Part shown: positions 27,232 to 39,817 of the stretch, piece after piece | Numbering within the stretch: position 1 is the first letter of the stretch | Layout: each line of letters opens with the position of its first letter | From: Dictyostelium discoideum | Lineage: Eukaryota | Assembly: GCA_000004695.1 (NCBI GenBank) | Contig: CM000154.2 | Span: 1,472,001-1,536,000 of the forward strand | Reading direction: 5' to 3' | DNA length: 64,000 nucleotides | Translations under genes and position numbers: made by a program | The notes under the pieces: generated by a model | Databases searched by the model: none | What the model was told of the DNA's origin: nothing | Seen by the model: the letters and a program-made list of their open reading frames with translations, nothing else

Positions 27232-28540
27232 TTAATTTAATTTAAACCAAATATTAGTTTTTAATTCATAAGCTTTTTCATCACTTAAATCAGCAAAATT
27301 TAAATCATCAATAAATACACCACCATTAATATCTAATAATTGAAATTTTGTTTTTGTTTTATAACCAAAAGTGTTTAAGATCTTTTCAGATATTTCCATT
27401 TGAGTATCTGAATATTTAATTTTAACATTTTGATTTTTATCAAAGTAACTGAAAAATCCATGATAAATGATTGTTATGGTTTTATGAATTGGTATTGAAC
27501 CAACTAAAACATAATCACCTGAATTAAATGGTGATTTTACTCTTTGAGAATTGAAATCACCTTTTTTTTTTAACCATCCACCAACAATATTAAAATTTTT
27601 TCCAATTGTATTCATATCAATACCACTTTGAAATTCTAATGCTGGTTGAGTTTCAAAATCATTTGAAAATACTCTAACTTTAATATTATTATTATTATTA
27701 TTTTTATAATTATTTTTATCATTATTATTATTATTTGGATTTGGATTTGGATTTGATTCATCATAATTATTAAAATTATTTGAAATTGAATAATTTGAAA
27801 TTCCAAGGAATAATGCTGAATTAATTTGTTGTGGGGATAAAACTTTAAAATAGATATTATTTGGTAAATTATTTGGATCATTAATTAAAGTTTCAGGATC
27901 AATTAATGATTTTGAATTTAATGATGAATTATTATACATTTGAATATAGGGTGACAATTGTTCAACACCAAATGCAATTTTAATAAATGGTCTTAAATGA
28001 GTAAATCTCCAAACATTTTCAAATTTAATTTCTTCTTTAATTTCTGAATGACCACAATGTACCCAACAAAGAAATGTTTGTGGTACATTTTCAATTTCTG
28101 GTGGTGGTTGTGGTGGTGTTAAATTAACTGGTTTTTGATTATTTAATAATTGCATTTGTAATTGTTTAAATTGTTGGAGGTTGAAACTTTCTTCTTTTTG
28201 TTGTTGTTGTTGTTGTTGCTGTTGTTGTTGTTGGTGCTCATGGTGTTGAGGTTGTTGATGTCGATTCTTTGGGTGGTGGAAATGTTGTTGTTGTTTTTGC
28301 TCTTGTTGTTGCTGTTGATGATTTCGTGGTGAATCATCAAGATGATTTTGTTTTTGTTCTTGAGAGTATGATATTGAATCGGGGGTTTCATGATATTCTT
28401 CATGGTTATGATGTGAATTTGATGTTTTATCACCATCAACTTCTTTATTAATTGATTCATTTTTTGAATTATCTTCCTTACTACTATCATTATAATTATT
28501 ATTACTCTTTTTATTATCATCATTTTTATTTTTATTATTA

Positions 28541-28571
<31 letters not shown>

Positions 28572-28686
28572 CATTATTGTTACCTCCATCGCGATTGTTT
28601 ATTTCATTTTTATCATAACCATTATTTGTTTCAAAATTATTTTCATCATTACTATTATTTTTGGGACTGGTATTTGGGTCTGGCAT
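27232..28686 (-). CDS. Q/N-rich (prion-like composition) hypothetical protein of 484 aa with a structured C-terminal half
   Basis: The ORF is continuous. The N-terminus is poly-N and poly-Q. The C-terminal region FLCWVHCGHSEIKEEIKFENVWRFTHLRPFIKIAFGVEQLSPY...GDYVLVGSIPIHKTITIIYHGFF... has normal complexity. I recognise no domain. Confidence 0.45.
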
Positions 28687-29718
28687 TTTAAAAAAAAAAT
28701 TTTATTTCTTTTTTTTTAAACAAATATAAAATTTTAAGGATAACCAAAATTATTTTTATTTTTATAAGCTGGTAAAAAATAATAAAAAAAAAAAAAAAAA
28801 AATTGCAGAATTAACTCAAATCTCTTTTCCATTGTTAGATAAAAACTCAAGTTTTAAAGTTTGGAAATTTATTTTATTCGATTCAATATAAAAAATAAAC
28901 AATAGGTTTTTTTTTTTTTTTTTTTTTTATTATTTTTATTATTCTGTTTAATTTTTTTCTTTTTTAATTTTATTTTTAATTTTATTTCATTTTATTTTTT
29001 TATTTGAAACATATTATTTCATTTGAAACTATTTTTTTTTTTTTTTTTTTATTTATTATTTTATTTTTAAAACTATTATTTTTTATTTTTTATTTTTTAT
29101 TTTATATTTTATTTTTTTTATTTCGGTTTTTCAAATTGCGTATGTTGCATTTTAACTAACACAATGCTTCTTTTTAGTTTAAAGAATGAAAAAAAAAATA
29201 AAAAAAAAAATAAAAAAAAAAAATAAAAAAAAATAAAAAAATTAATTTTTTTTTTTTTTATTTGTGCAATTGATCGCCATCATTTCAGACAAAAACAATT
29301 AAATACACTTGAGAATCATAATATCGTCGTCATTTTCCATTATTACATGAAATTAATTTTTCATGTTTTTATTATTTTATTTTAATTTTTTTTTATTTTT
29401 TTTTTTTTATTTTTTATTTTTTTTTTTATTATTTTTTTATTTTTTTTTTTATTTTTTTTTTATTTTTTTTCCAATATTTAAATTAAAAAGAAATCTAAAT
29501 AATATTATTTTATTATTTTATGTCTTTTGAACTTAAAAAACAAATAAATTAATAAAAACATTAATTTTTTCAAATAAAAAAAAAAACAAAAAAAATTCTA
29601 AAATTATCTTGGATATTATTTTTTTTAGGTGTGAAAAAAACAAAAAAAAAAAAAAAAACCCTTCGCAAGGGTAGGTTCAATGTTTTGAAATTTAATAAAA
29701 AAAAAAGATATTATTTTA

Positions 29719-29762
<44 letters not shown>

Positions 29763-30005
29763 CAATAATTCGTAATTAAAAATCAACATTGTGCAAACCA
29801 GAGAATATTTTTTTTTTTAAAATTTTAATTTTTTTTTTATTTTTGTTTTTTTTAAAGAAAATATTTTAAAAGTGAAACAGGATTGTCATTAATCCTGTTG
29901 TCTGTTTAAATTTGTCATTAACCTGTTGAAAATTATTTTTTTTTATTTTTTGTTTTATTTTTATTTATTTTATTTTTTGTATAAATTCACACACTATTTT
30001 AATTT

Positions 30006-30064
<59 letters not shown>

Positions 30065-30692
30065 CTTTTCTTTTCTTCTTTCTTTTTCCTTCACCCATAT
30101 TTAGATATAAAGAGTAATACCTTATTTACCAACAAGTTATAATTCCTTTTTATCATAAGCATACATTTTTTTGTACCACCACTCTTACCAGTAATAAAAA
30201 AAAATAAAAAAAAATTAATTATTTACAATCGTTCAATTTTTTGATTTCTCAACACACCCCCACACATTCACATCACACATTATAATTCACACACATTGCG
30301 TTTTTACATATATCACCTAAACACTAAAATATAATAAAAATTTAAATAAATAAAAAAATTATAAAAGATTAAATTAATTGATTATTGATATTAAATTATT
30401 TTATTTTTTCAATTTTTTCAATTTTTTTTTATTTTTATTTTTTTTCTAATCAAAAAATAAAAAAAAACAAACAAAAATAAAAAAAAAACACCTAGACCTA
30501 CAACCACACAACCCAAATATCATAACCTCATATATTCTTGTTAATTTAAATTTTATTTTTTATATATATTTTTTTTTTTCCTATTACATATAATATTTTT
30601 TATTTATTTTTTATTTAATTTTTATTATTTATTTTGTATTATTAATAATTAAAAATAATTTTTTTTTTTTTTTTTAAAAATTATTTAAAAAA

Positions 30693-30789
30693 ATGGAATC
30701 TTCAACAGAACCAAATTTACCATTAAAAGCAGAAAGTGCTTCAATTGGAATTTCAATAACCGACACTTGTAATACAACAAATTTAACCA

Positions 30790-30842
<53 letters not shown>

Positions 30843-32056
30843 CCAAATAATAATAATAATAATAATCCAAATAATAATAATAATAATAATCCAAATAATA
30901 ATAATAATAAAAATAATCCAAATAATAAAAATAATAATTTAATTGTTGATAATATAGTTGATTATAATAATTTAACAGTATCACCATTACCACTTAATAG
31001 AAGTAGAAGTAATAGTATGAATAGTGGACCAACAGTTCATGTAATTAGTAGTACTACTGGTAGAGGTAGAAGTAGTAGTATGTCAAATAATAGTATGGTG
31101 ATTAATCAACCTTGTGGTAGTACTATTACTACAACCAATATCAATTCCAATACCAATAATAATAGTAGTAGTAGTAGTAGTAGTAGTAATAGTTATTATA
31201 ATTATTTTAGTAGAAAGAGTAAAAATAATAAAAAAATTAAAGTACCAAGTTCACCAGAATCAATTGGAGGTATGGGAATAATGGGAGGTGGTATTGAAGG
31301 TGGTGATAAATATTCATTCGTTTTAACAGCATCACCATCACCAAATACCTATTTCAATAATAATAGTGTAAATAATAATTTGGCAAACTTTTCATTAACC
31401 GATGAAGGATATCTTGATACGATCGCACATGAGAATTTAAAAGATCCAGCAACATTAATTAGACAAAGAGAGATATCAAGTGAATGGACAAGTAAAATCA
31501 TACCAACCAATTGTACAACCGATCAAGCTAGAAAGAATCTAAAAGCATTAATAAGAAAAGGTATACCAGATAAAAAAAGAAACCTAGTTTGGAAAGCGAT
31601 CATTGGTACAAATGAAGCCGACCAAACTCATTGTTACAATAGTGCATACTCTTCATCATTTGGTGATGAATCAGATCCAAACATTAGAAATATACCAGCC
31701 TTTGGTGGTTTATTCTCACCATCAGATCATTTAATCACTGAACAGGGTGTAAAACAAGTTAAATCCATTCTAAACCTTATTCATACAAATTCACATGTTG
31801 AATATTGTCCACAAATCTCTGACCTTGTACATATTTTAATCTCCTTTATGTCAGAAGCAAACACATACACCACAACTTCATTAATCTTAAAAGATGCTGA
31901 AGAAAATAGACCTCATAGATTCTTAAATATTGATAAAAAAGAATGTGCTAAATTTGTTCATTCTTTTGATCATTTAATTGAATTACATTTACCAAAACTT
32001 CATAGACGTAAGTTATTTAAATAGTCAATTAATTTAATAATAGAATTTTAAAAACT

Positions 32057-32104
<48 letters not shown>

Positions 32105-32578
32105 GATATGATTACAATTGGTTTAACAAATTCATTTGTATTTTCAGATGAATGGTTTTCAAGATTATTTGTATCATTTTTACCATATAATACAGTTTTA
32201 AGAATTTTTGATATTTTATTAAATGAAGGTTATAAAGTTTTATATAGAATTGGTTTGGCATTATTAAAAACTCATAAAAAACAATTAAAGAAACAAAAGG
32301 ATATTGAAAAGTTTTTGTCAACTTTAAACAAATTAAATTTACAAATGTTTGATGCTGATGCTTTAATTAAAGTTGCTTTTGAAAGTATCTCTTTAAAAAG
32401 AAGTCATTTAGAAGATATCAATGATAAACAAAATCATAAAGTTAAAGATGTACCTGAACCCGCACCAATTTATTATAGATCAAAAATTACAATACCTTCT
32501 GTAATTTTAAATTCTGATGATGTAATTATTAAATTATTATTATTATTTATTATTTATATTTAATTTTATAAAATAATA

Positions 32579-32616
<38 letters not shown>

Positions 32617-33171
32617 CTTTTCTCTCTCTCTTCTAGTTTGAATTAATTTGGGCATGGTTACCACCAAGATTATCAGTTGCAACACCAAGAAAATTATTCA
32701 ATTCAGTTACAGATGGTAATAATGTTAGATTATTATTTGAAAGTTTAGTTGAACATACTTGTATTTTAGTAGTTTTAAAATCTGATAATGGAAGTATTTT
32801 TGGATTTTATAGTGACTCTGAAGTTCAACCAAAGTTTGGTTTTGGTGATAGAAATGTCTTTTTATTCACTCTTAAACCTCATGTTCATGTTTATAAACCA
32901 ACTGAAAAAAATCAATTATATACAAGTTTTAAAGAACAATCAATTTCAATTGGTCATTCAAAGTATGTTTTTTTTTTTTTTTTTAATACAAAAAGTTCTT
33001 AATATTAACTTTTTTTTTTTTTATAGTTTGGGAGAGATAGGATTATTTATTGGTGCAGATTTAAATGGTAAAACTGGTGCCACGGAAACTTTTGGAAACC
33101 CATGTTTGAATGATAAAGATCAACATACTTTCCAAACTATTGTTTTAGAAGCATTCACAATTGAACAATAA
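30693..33171 (+). CDS. TBC (Rab-GAP) + TLDc domain protein (TBC1D24-like) in four exons
   Basis: The exons are 30693..32007, 32106..32500 (or ..32521; there are two candidate GTAATT donors), 32637..32962 and 33027..33171. The TBC arginine-finger motif is IRKGIPDKKRNLVWKAIIG. The TBC C-terminal part is in exon 2. The TLDc part is FELIWAWLPPRLSVATPRKLFNSVTDGNNVRLLFESLVEH...IGHS-N-LGEIGLFIGADLNGKTGATETFGNPCL. Confidence 0.8.
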
Positions 33172-33495
33172 AAAAATATAATAACATGTAATTATAACAA
33201 CAAATACCAACAATAGTAAATAATTTTTTAGAATAATCTATTTTATTTTTCTGGAAAAAAAAAAAAAAAAAAACAACCGATGTAAATAAATATTTTTTTA
33301 ATTATTTCTTTTTTATTTCCAAGATATATTTTCACAATTTTTTAATAATTTCTTTATTTTTGTTTTTTTTATTTTTTTTTTTTATACCAAACCTTGAGTA
33401 ATTTTGAAATTGATTGGGGTGATAAAAAATTTCCCGAACACATTTATTATTTATTATTACACGATATAATGCTTTATTTTCTTATTTTTTTTTAT

Positions 33496-34295
33496 TTATT
33501 TTTCTAATGTTATTTTTTTAATTTCACCATAAAACTCACCTAAATCAATTTCAAATTTACCATCTTTTTCAACCTCTTTATCAAATAAATTGCCACGATG
33601 TCTTAGTTTTGATTTTGGCAATAGGTCTCTGAAGCTTTTTAAATCACTTTGATTTTTAAATATGATAGGATTACTTTGGTAGTTTTCTATTAGACTTTTC
33701 ATAGTCTGATCAGTATCAAGATTTTAATATCTTTCTTTTGTAATAGGTGATGGATAATGGATACATTTCCATTTATAAAAGTATCTGCAAGAATTTTACC
33801 TTGTACACTTGTTATATTTGGAGGAATTATTACCTTAGATATAACTGATGAATTAGAACTGTTGTGATTTTTATCATTATCTTGTATGTCAATAGAAATT
33901 TTTCCACTTTGGTTATTAATGTCCATTCTGAATGGCAATTTTTTTTCTCCAGAGTATAAAGCAACTGATTTTATACGACTTTCTCCATTTAATAAAATTT
34001 CAGGTTCTTGACCAATCTTTTCAATAATGTTTTGATAAACTTCTAATGATAGTTTTTTTGTAAAATGTTTCAATTTTTCAACTTGAATGATACTATCGGT
34101 GTGTGTGTAGTTATTATCAGATTTACCCTTATACAAATGATCTATGGAATTAGGTGTACTTATACCTTCATCTGTTTCATATGCCACAGTTTTTTTATTT
34201 GCATCAATTAAAAGAGCTTTTGAATGATTTAAATTAGATGCAGCTTCACCATGATCGCCTATTTTAGTATTTATACTGTAATTAAGTTCATACAT
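33496..34295 (-). CDS. Hypothetical protein. Two abutting ORFs, 33699..34295 and 33496..33702, are offset by one base.
   Basis: MYELNYSINTKIGDHGEAASNL...ILILIRL* overlaps the ATG of MKSLIENYQSNPIIFK... as ATGA. No GT..AG intron fits. This is either two small genes, or one gene with a frameshift in the gene or in the sequence. Confidence 0.3.
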
Positions 34296-34560
34296 ATCAC
34301 TTTGATTTTCTTTTAATAATATTTGAAGGATATTTTCAAATTCACTATCGACCGGGTAAATATGAACTATATTAGTGTTTTTTTCCTATTCCCAGGCAGA
34401 AATCGATTTTTTCGAACATTATTTTTTTTTTTTTTTTTTTTTTTAAAGAAATTAATTAAATGAAAGATCTATATTTAGATCTTAGGAAGTTAGTCTATTT
34501 TATTTTATTTTTATCTTTTTCCTAAAAAAATCTTTTTTTTTTATTTTTTTTTATTTTTTA

Positions 34561-35971
34561 TTTTAATTTATAATAATGAGAAGAGAGAATGAATGTAAAG
34601 AAAATGGAGAAAAAAGAAATAATGTAAATTCATTTAATAAAATCATTAAGCTAAGAGTAACTGATGATATTGAATATAGTGAATTATTATTTTGGAAGAT
34701 ATTTAGAAATAGTGATCAATAAAACAATAATGTCATTCATGGATAAACGATTCACACCAAAATATAAAACAATTTCAGATGGAGCTGAAATGATTCGAAA
34801 TAATCAATTCAGTCTATTAAAAGATAAAATTAAAATAAATTGCAGATATTTACAATTTCATGACAAAAGATATTCACAATTTTATGACAAAATAGGTTGT
34901 GAAATTGAAGTTTTAATAAATTATTTAAAACAATCGTTCGCGATAATCAATTTTACAGAAAATTCTTTAGAAACCACCTTTTTGAATATAGAAATAGAGG
35001 AGTAATCATTTCATTAATTATATCAAAGAATTTACAAGTATATCAACTATTCATAGAAGAGTTTAATCATATACCAACTGTTGAGGATTTAAAAATAGCA
35101 ACTTCATTTGGTGCAAACAAATTCATTAGATATCTATTAGAAAAATCACAACTAGAACAACCAAAATTTGAAAGATGATTTAGACAATTATAATTCAATC
35201 TATACAATAGTTACTTCATATAAATCATCAAATTTAAAGAGAGATATGTTTAAAGGATTACTATGCTATTTTAATTGTTATCAAAGTTTAAGAGATCATA
35301 ATAATAATAATAAATAATAATAATAATAATAATAAATTTCAAGAACTAACGATTGATACTCTTTTGAGTATTCACTCGAATAGAGAAAATGGGTTTATAA
35401 TAAAATCAACATCAACAATAAAATCACTATTTAGAGTTTGTAAATTAATATTAAAATTAAAAGTAATGACGAAAACAAATGAATCAGCAAACAACTAATC
35501 AGATTCAGCATCTCCTTCAATTACAATTCAATATATTGAAACATTTATAAAAATAACACCAAAAGAAAAATTAAAATCAACATTAGGAAACCCAATAAAT
35601 TCCAACTTTAACAATGATTGCAAGTATGATGATAGTGATGATGATGATGATGAACAACGTTTTTCTAAATTAATAGCATATCAAATTCAAGAATATTATA
35701 GTAATAGAAATAGAATACCACGGAAAGTATTCTATAAATCAAAAAGTGGTCAAATGGTTCAATTAATTCGTAAACATTGCAGAGATTCAGACTTTTGAAG
35801 TTATGGAAGTTTTTTTAGCTCATTATCAATCAACACATAACCTTTCACCTTCTCCACATTTTAAAGACGCCGAAGAAGTTAGTAATTAATTGCTTGGCTA
35901 ACAAGAACTATTTTTATATACACCCGATTTAGACAGTAGTTTTTTCAAAAGATTTGATAAACAACCTGAAG

Positions 35972-36034
<63 letters not shown>

Positions 36035-37500
36035 GTTGTAGGTCTAATGATGATAATGATGAACATAAAATCTTTATAAAGAAATTATTGGATGAATATT
36101 ATTCGATATTTTGTAAAGATAGATCAGCCATTTTATATTATTATTATTATGATGGATTTAATAATATCAATTTAGAAAATAAAAGTTTATACAGTGTAGA
36201 TTTAGAAGAATATTATGAATCATTTAGATTTGGAATTCCAACATTTGACTTGGTTGGCCATTTTCTTTGTGACTACCTTAACTTTTCATCATTGATAGAT
36301 ATCATGGAATATCCATATAAAAAGTCAATTAATATTTTATTCTCAAACTGTACAGATAGATTAAAAAGATTCGGTTTATAGATAAAGCCATTCAATCAAT
36401 AAAATCAGATGGTTTGCGAAATGTTGAAAATCAATTAACGAATTTCTTTCGTATGGTTGTCATGCACGACGATTTAGAATTAATAAAGTATTTTTTTAAA
36501 CAAGTTAATGGTTATCAATTAGATTTAGGTGGAAATTCACACTACTTATATAGATTTCACCCGACAATTTATATTGGTTCGGTAGATGTTTTAAATTATT
36601 TATTTGAAAATCATAGAGAATACTATTGACCATAAAAACAACTATTATTCCTATTTCGAGAATTTAGAATTATTAAAACATTTTGAAGGATTAACACTCA
36701 AAGTTCCATCAACATCAAGACTTGGTGGATACTTGCAACACTATACTAGAGGTGATAATTTTTAAAATTACGTATCACATCACCAGAAACCGTTTGTATT
36801 TGAGTACTGATTTGATTGAATCAATTTTTTCTTTCTTTCCAGAGAAAACAAGATTCCCAATCAATTTTATTCAATCTACAACTATTAATCTTAAAACATA
36901 CAAACTATTAACAACCATCGTACTTATACAAAGAAATTTCAAAGCCATAAGAATTGGACCAGATGTCTTCTCCAAAGATTTTTTAAACTTTTTAGATTGG
37001 ATATTTACAAATTATCCTAATATGATGAAAATAGGAGGAAGATTTTTTAATTAAAATCAACTACTTAAATTATTTCTTTTTCTAGCTAATAGGTTAAACA
37101 CTGGTGAAATTACTGATAATAATGAACTTGGATACATTCTATGCATCTAATTATGAACATTTTTCATGTTATAATAATTTTAAATATTTAGATTCAATGT
37201 TAAAAAATGTTAAAGATAATGAAATCTTTTTTAGGGCTATTGTAATTGCTGTTGCTAATTCAAGATTACATATTTTAGAATTTTTAAATGAAAAATGTGG
37301 TGATCTTGTAAAAGAAATAAAGAATTATAAAGGATTTAATTTTTTTCTAAATCAAGAATTTCCAAGAGATAATGTAAGGGTATCAGAATTTCTACTTCAA
37401 TTAATTAACCAAGCAGATTCAGAAAAATTATTTGGTCAAAAATCATTATTATATTTCAAATAAATTAAAGTCTTTAAATAAATAAATTTTTATTTTATTT
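34561..37500 (+). pseudogene. Copy A of a duplicated gene unit of about 3 kb. It is co-linear with copy B and carries 1-nt indels relative to it.
   Basis: Segments 34561-34810, 34925-35300, 35950-36700 and 37381-37500 are 90-95% identical to 38086-38325, 41586-42060, 42050-42830 and 44821-44950. Relative to B, A has a 1-nt insertion at about 34677, a 1-nt deletion at about 36365 and a shift at about 36625. These break the MRRENECKENG... ORF and the MDEYYSIFCKDRS... ORF that are intact in B. An (AAT)n tract lies at 35950-36040. Confidence 0.5.
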
Positions 37501-38085
37501 CTTTTTTAGAAACTTTTTTTTTTTTTTTTTTTTGTAGTAAACATTTCATAAAAAGAGAAATTAAATATAATCATATATTAATTAAATATAAAAAGATTAT
37601 AAATAAATTATAAATAAAAAAGATATAAAAAAGATATAAAATAGATTTTTTTTTTTTTTTTCACTGTTTCATCGATTTTATTTATTATTATTCTTATTAT
37701 TCCCATGAATTTATTATTATAGTTAATTCTTTAATTATATATATATTTTTTTTTTAAATAATAATTTTATTTTATTTATTTTAATATGGATTTGGTATAG
37801 AAATAGAACACTCTAAAATACACAAAATGATATAAAAAATGAATGTAATTATTTTTTTTTAATTTTTATTTTTTTTATTTAAATGATTGCATTCTTTTTT
37901 TTTAAAAGAATGATTACATTTATTTTTTGTATTTTTTATATCATTTTATGTATTTTTGAGTACTCTATTTATATGTACTAAATTATATTAAAAATTAATA
38001 AAATTAAATTGTTTAAAAAAAAAAAAAAAAAAAAAAATTTCATTTTTTTTTTTTTTACTTTTTTTTTTTTTTATTTTGGTTTATA

Positions 38086-38334
38086 ATAATGAAAAGAGAG
38101 AATGAATGTAAAGAAAATGGGGAAAAAAGAAATAATGTAAATTCATTTAATAAAATCATTAAGCTAACAGTAACTGATGATATTGAATATGTGAATTATT
38201 ATTTTGGAAGATATTTAGAAATAGTGATCAATAAAATAATAATGTCATTCATGGATAAACGATTCACACCAAAATATAAAACAATTTCAGATGGAGCTGA
38301 AATGATTCGAAATAAATTTTTTGAAAAATATTGA
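38086..38334 (+). pseudogene. Copy B, 5' segment. The ORF is 81 aa, MKRENECKENGEKRNNVNSFNKIIKLTVTDDIEYVNYYFGRYLEIVINKIIMSFMDKRFTPKYKTISDGAEMIRN, then stops a few codons after the insertion junction at about 38326.
   Basis: It is identical in arrangement to copy A at 34561-34810. Similarity to A stops abruptly after ...gattcgaaataa and resumes at about 41586. Confidence 0.5.
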
Positions 38335-38940
38335 CTGTAAAGAGATCTTGAATATTTTTGACTTGAACTAAATGATCACTACCACTATAGTAGTGTAATA
38401 CATCTCTGAATTGAAAAAGAGGTAAGGAACCATCTTCGTTAACTTTGGGTGATTGATAAAGTATTGATGCAGTTTTATACATTTCAAGTCTTTCTACTAC
38501 TTCCTTGATACATTCTGCTGTACAATCTTCCCCAAATTCAAATTCCAGTAAGTTATCATATTGAAAAAGGTTTCAGTAAAATCTGGAAATTTACTACTAT
38601 TATTTTCGAGACGTGGTGTATAGTTGAAATAACAAGAGTTTTCTTCCTTGAAACCACCTACCAAAATGGATATAATTTGAAAAGCACGAGGGCCCATTAT
38701 CATCAAACTTTTTTGGTATATTAACATCATTATAGTACCAACATACAGAGTTCATATAGTTTTTAAACATGGCCTATGTATATTGTATCATTTTTTTTTT
38801 ACATTCTTCACTACATCCATTTTTGATATCAGGAAAAAGATCACCCCTCATGAATTCTTCGATAACAGCAAATGATGTGCCACTGCCTACTCTTTGGAAC
38901 AAATCTTCAAAATTATATTTATCATGAACGCACATTCCAA
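38264..38940 (-). CDS. Cysteine-containing small protein, a paralog of the gene at 39045..39428. It is split over three frames, by introns or by decay.
   Basis: The minus-strand translation gives ...GDLFPDIKNGCSEECKKKMIQYT / AMFKNYMNSVCWYYNDVNIPKKFDDNGPRAFQ... / ...VNEDGSLPLFQFRDV..., which parallels FPLFTQGCTNECKEKMIKITQYVYKYQSNALCWFFNDAKLIRDK...NEDGSLPDYPN of the neighbouring ORF. Confidence 0.3.
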
Positions 38941-39044
38941 CAATTGTATATAAAAAATGAAATAAAAAAAATAAAAAAAAAAAAAAAAATAAAAAATCAA
39001 TTAATAAAAACTTTTTTTTTTTTTTAATTTTTAATTTTTATTTT

Positions 39045-39428
39045 TTAACTATGTAAGGTATTTGGATAATCTGGAAGGCTACCATCTTCATTTAATTCAA
39101 TTGATAAATCAAAACCATGTTCAAAATCTTTTTTATTTCCACGTCCCGATAATGAATCTAGATATGAGCCTGGGGTGATACTTTTATCTCTAATTAACTT
39201 GGCGTCGTTGAAGAACCAGCACAAGGCATTGGATTGATATTTGTACACATATTGGGTTATTTTTATCATCTTTTCTTTACACTCATTGGTACATCCTTGA
39301 GTAAATAAAGGGAAGTTGTCCCCTACTGTCAATATTTCTAAATACCTAAGAGGTACTTTTACAGCACCATCAAAGGTTAGGCTCTCGTGAGGGCACACTT
39401 TATATTTTCTACAATTATAATTTAACAT
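39045..39428 (-). CDS. Small cysteine-containing hypothetical protein of 127 aa
   Basis: The ORF is intact: MLNYNCRKYKVCPHESLTFDGAVKVPLRYLEILTVGDNFPLFTQGCTNECKEKMIKITQYVYKYQSNALCWFFNDAKLIRDKSITPGSYLDSLSGRGNKKDFEHGFDLSIELNEDGSLPDYPNTLHS. It has a paralog immediately downstream. Confidence 0.4.
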   Translation of the reverse strand: MLNYNCRKYKVCPHESLTFDGAVKVPLRYLEILTVGDNFPLFTQGCTNECKEKMIKITQYVYKYQSNALCWFFNDAKLIRDKSITPGSYLDSLSGRGNKKDFEHGFDLSIELNEDGSLPDYPNTLHS

Positions 39429-39817
39429 TTTAAAAATATATGTAAAATATTGGGTGGTGGTTAAATAAAAGCTATTTTTTTTTAAAAAAAAAAAAAATAA
39501 AAAAAAAAAAAAAAATAAAAATAAAATAAAAAAAAAAATTAATAAAAATAAACAACCTAAATAATTAAGAAAAGTTGGGTTATTTGTATTTTACATTTTT
39601 TTTTATGAAAACAACCACTAAAAATATACATACAATTAAAGTTAAAAATAGAAACAAGCAAAACAAAAATGGTAGCAAATTAAAATAATAATAATAAAAA
39701 TAAATTAAATAAAAATAAATTAAAAAATTATTTAAATAAAAAAAAAAAAAAAATTACCATTAAATTAATTATTTTTTTTATCTTCATTATATACAATTTA
39801 ATTTCATTAATTTTTTA

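Noticed and set aside
28143-28589. 148-aa and 81-aa minus-strand ORFs overlapping the Q/N-rich gene in other frames
   Set aside because: They are alternate-frame readings of (AAT)n/(CAA)n. The frame of 27232..28686 is the only one with a normal-complexity C-terminal half.
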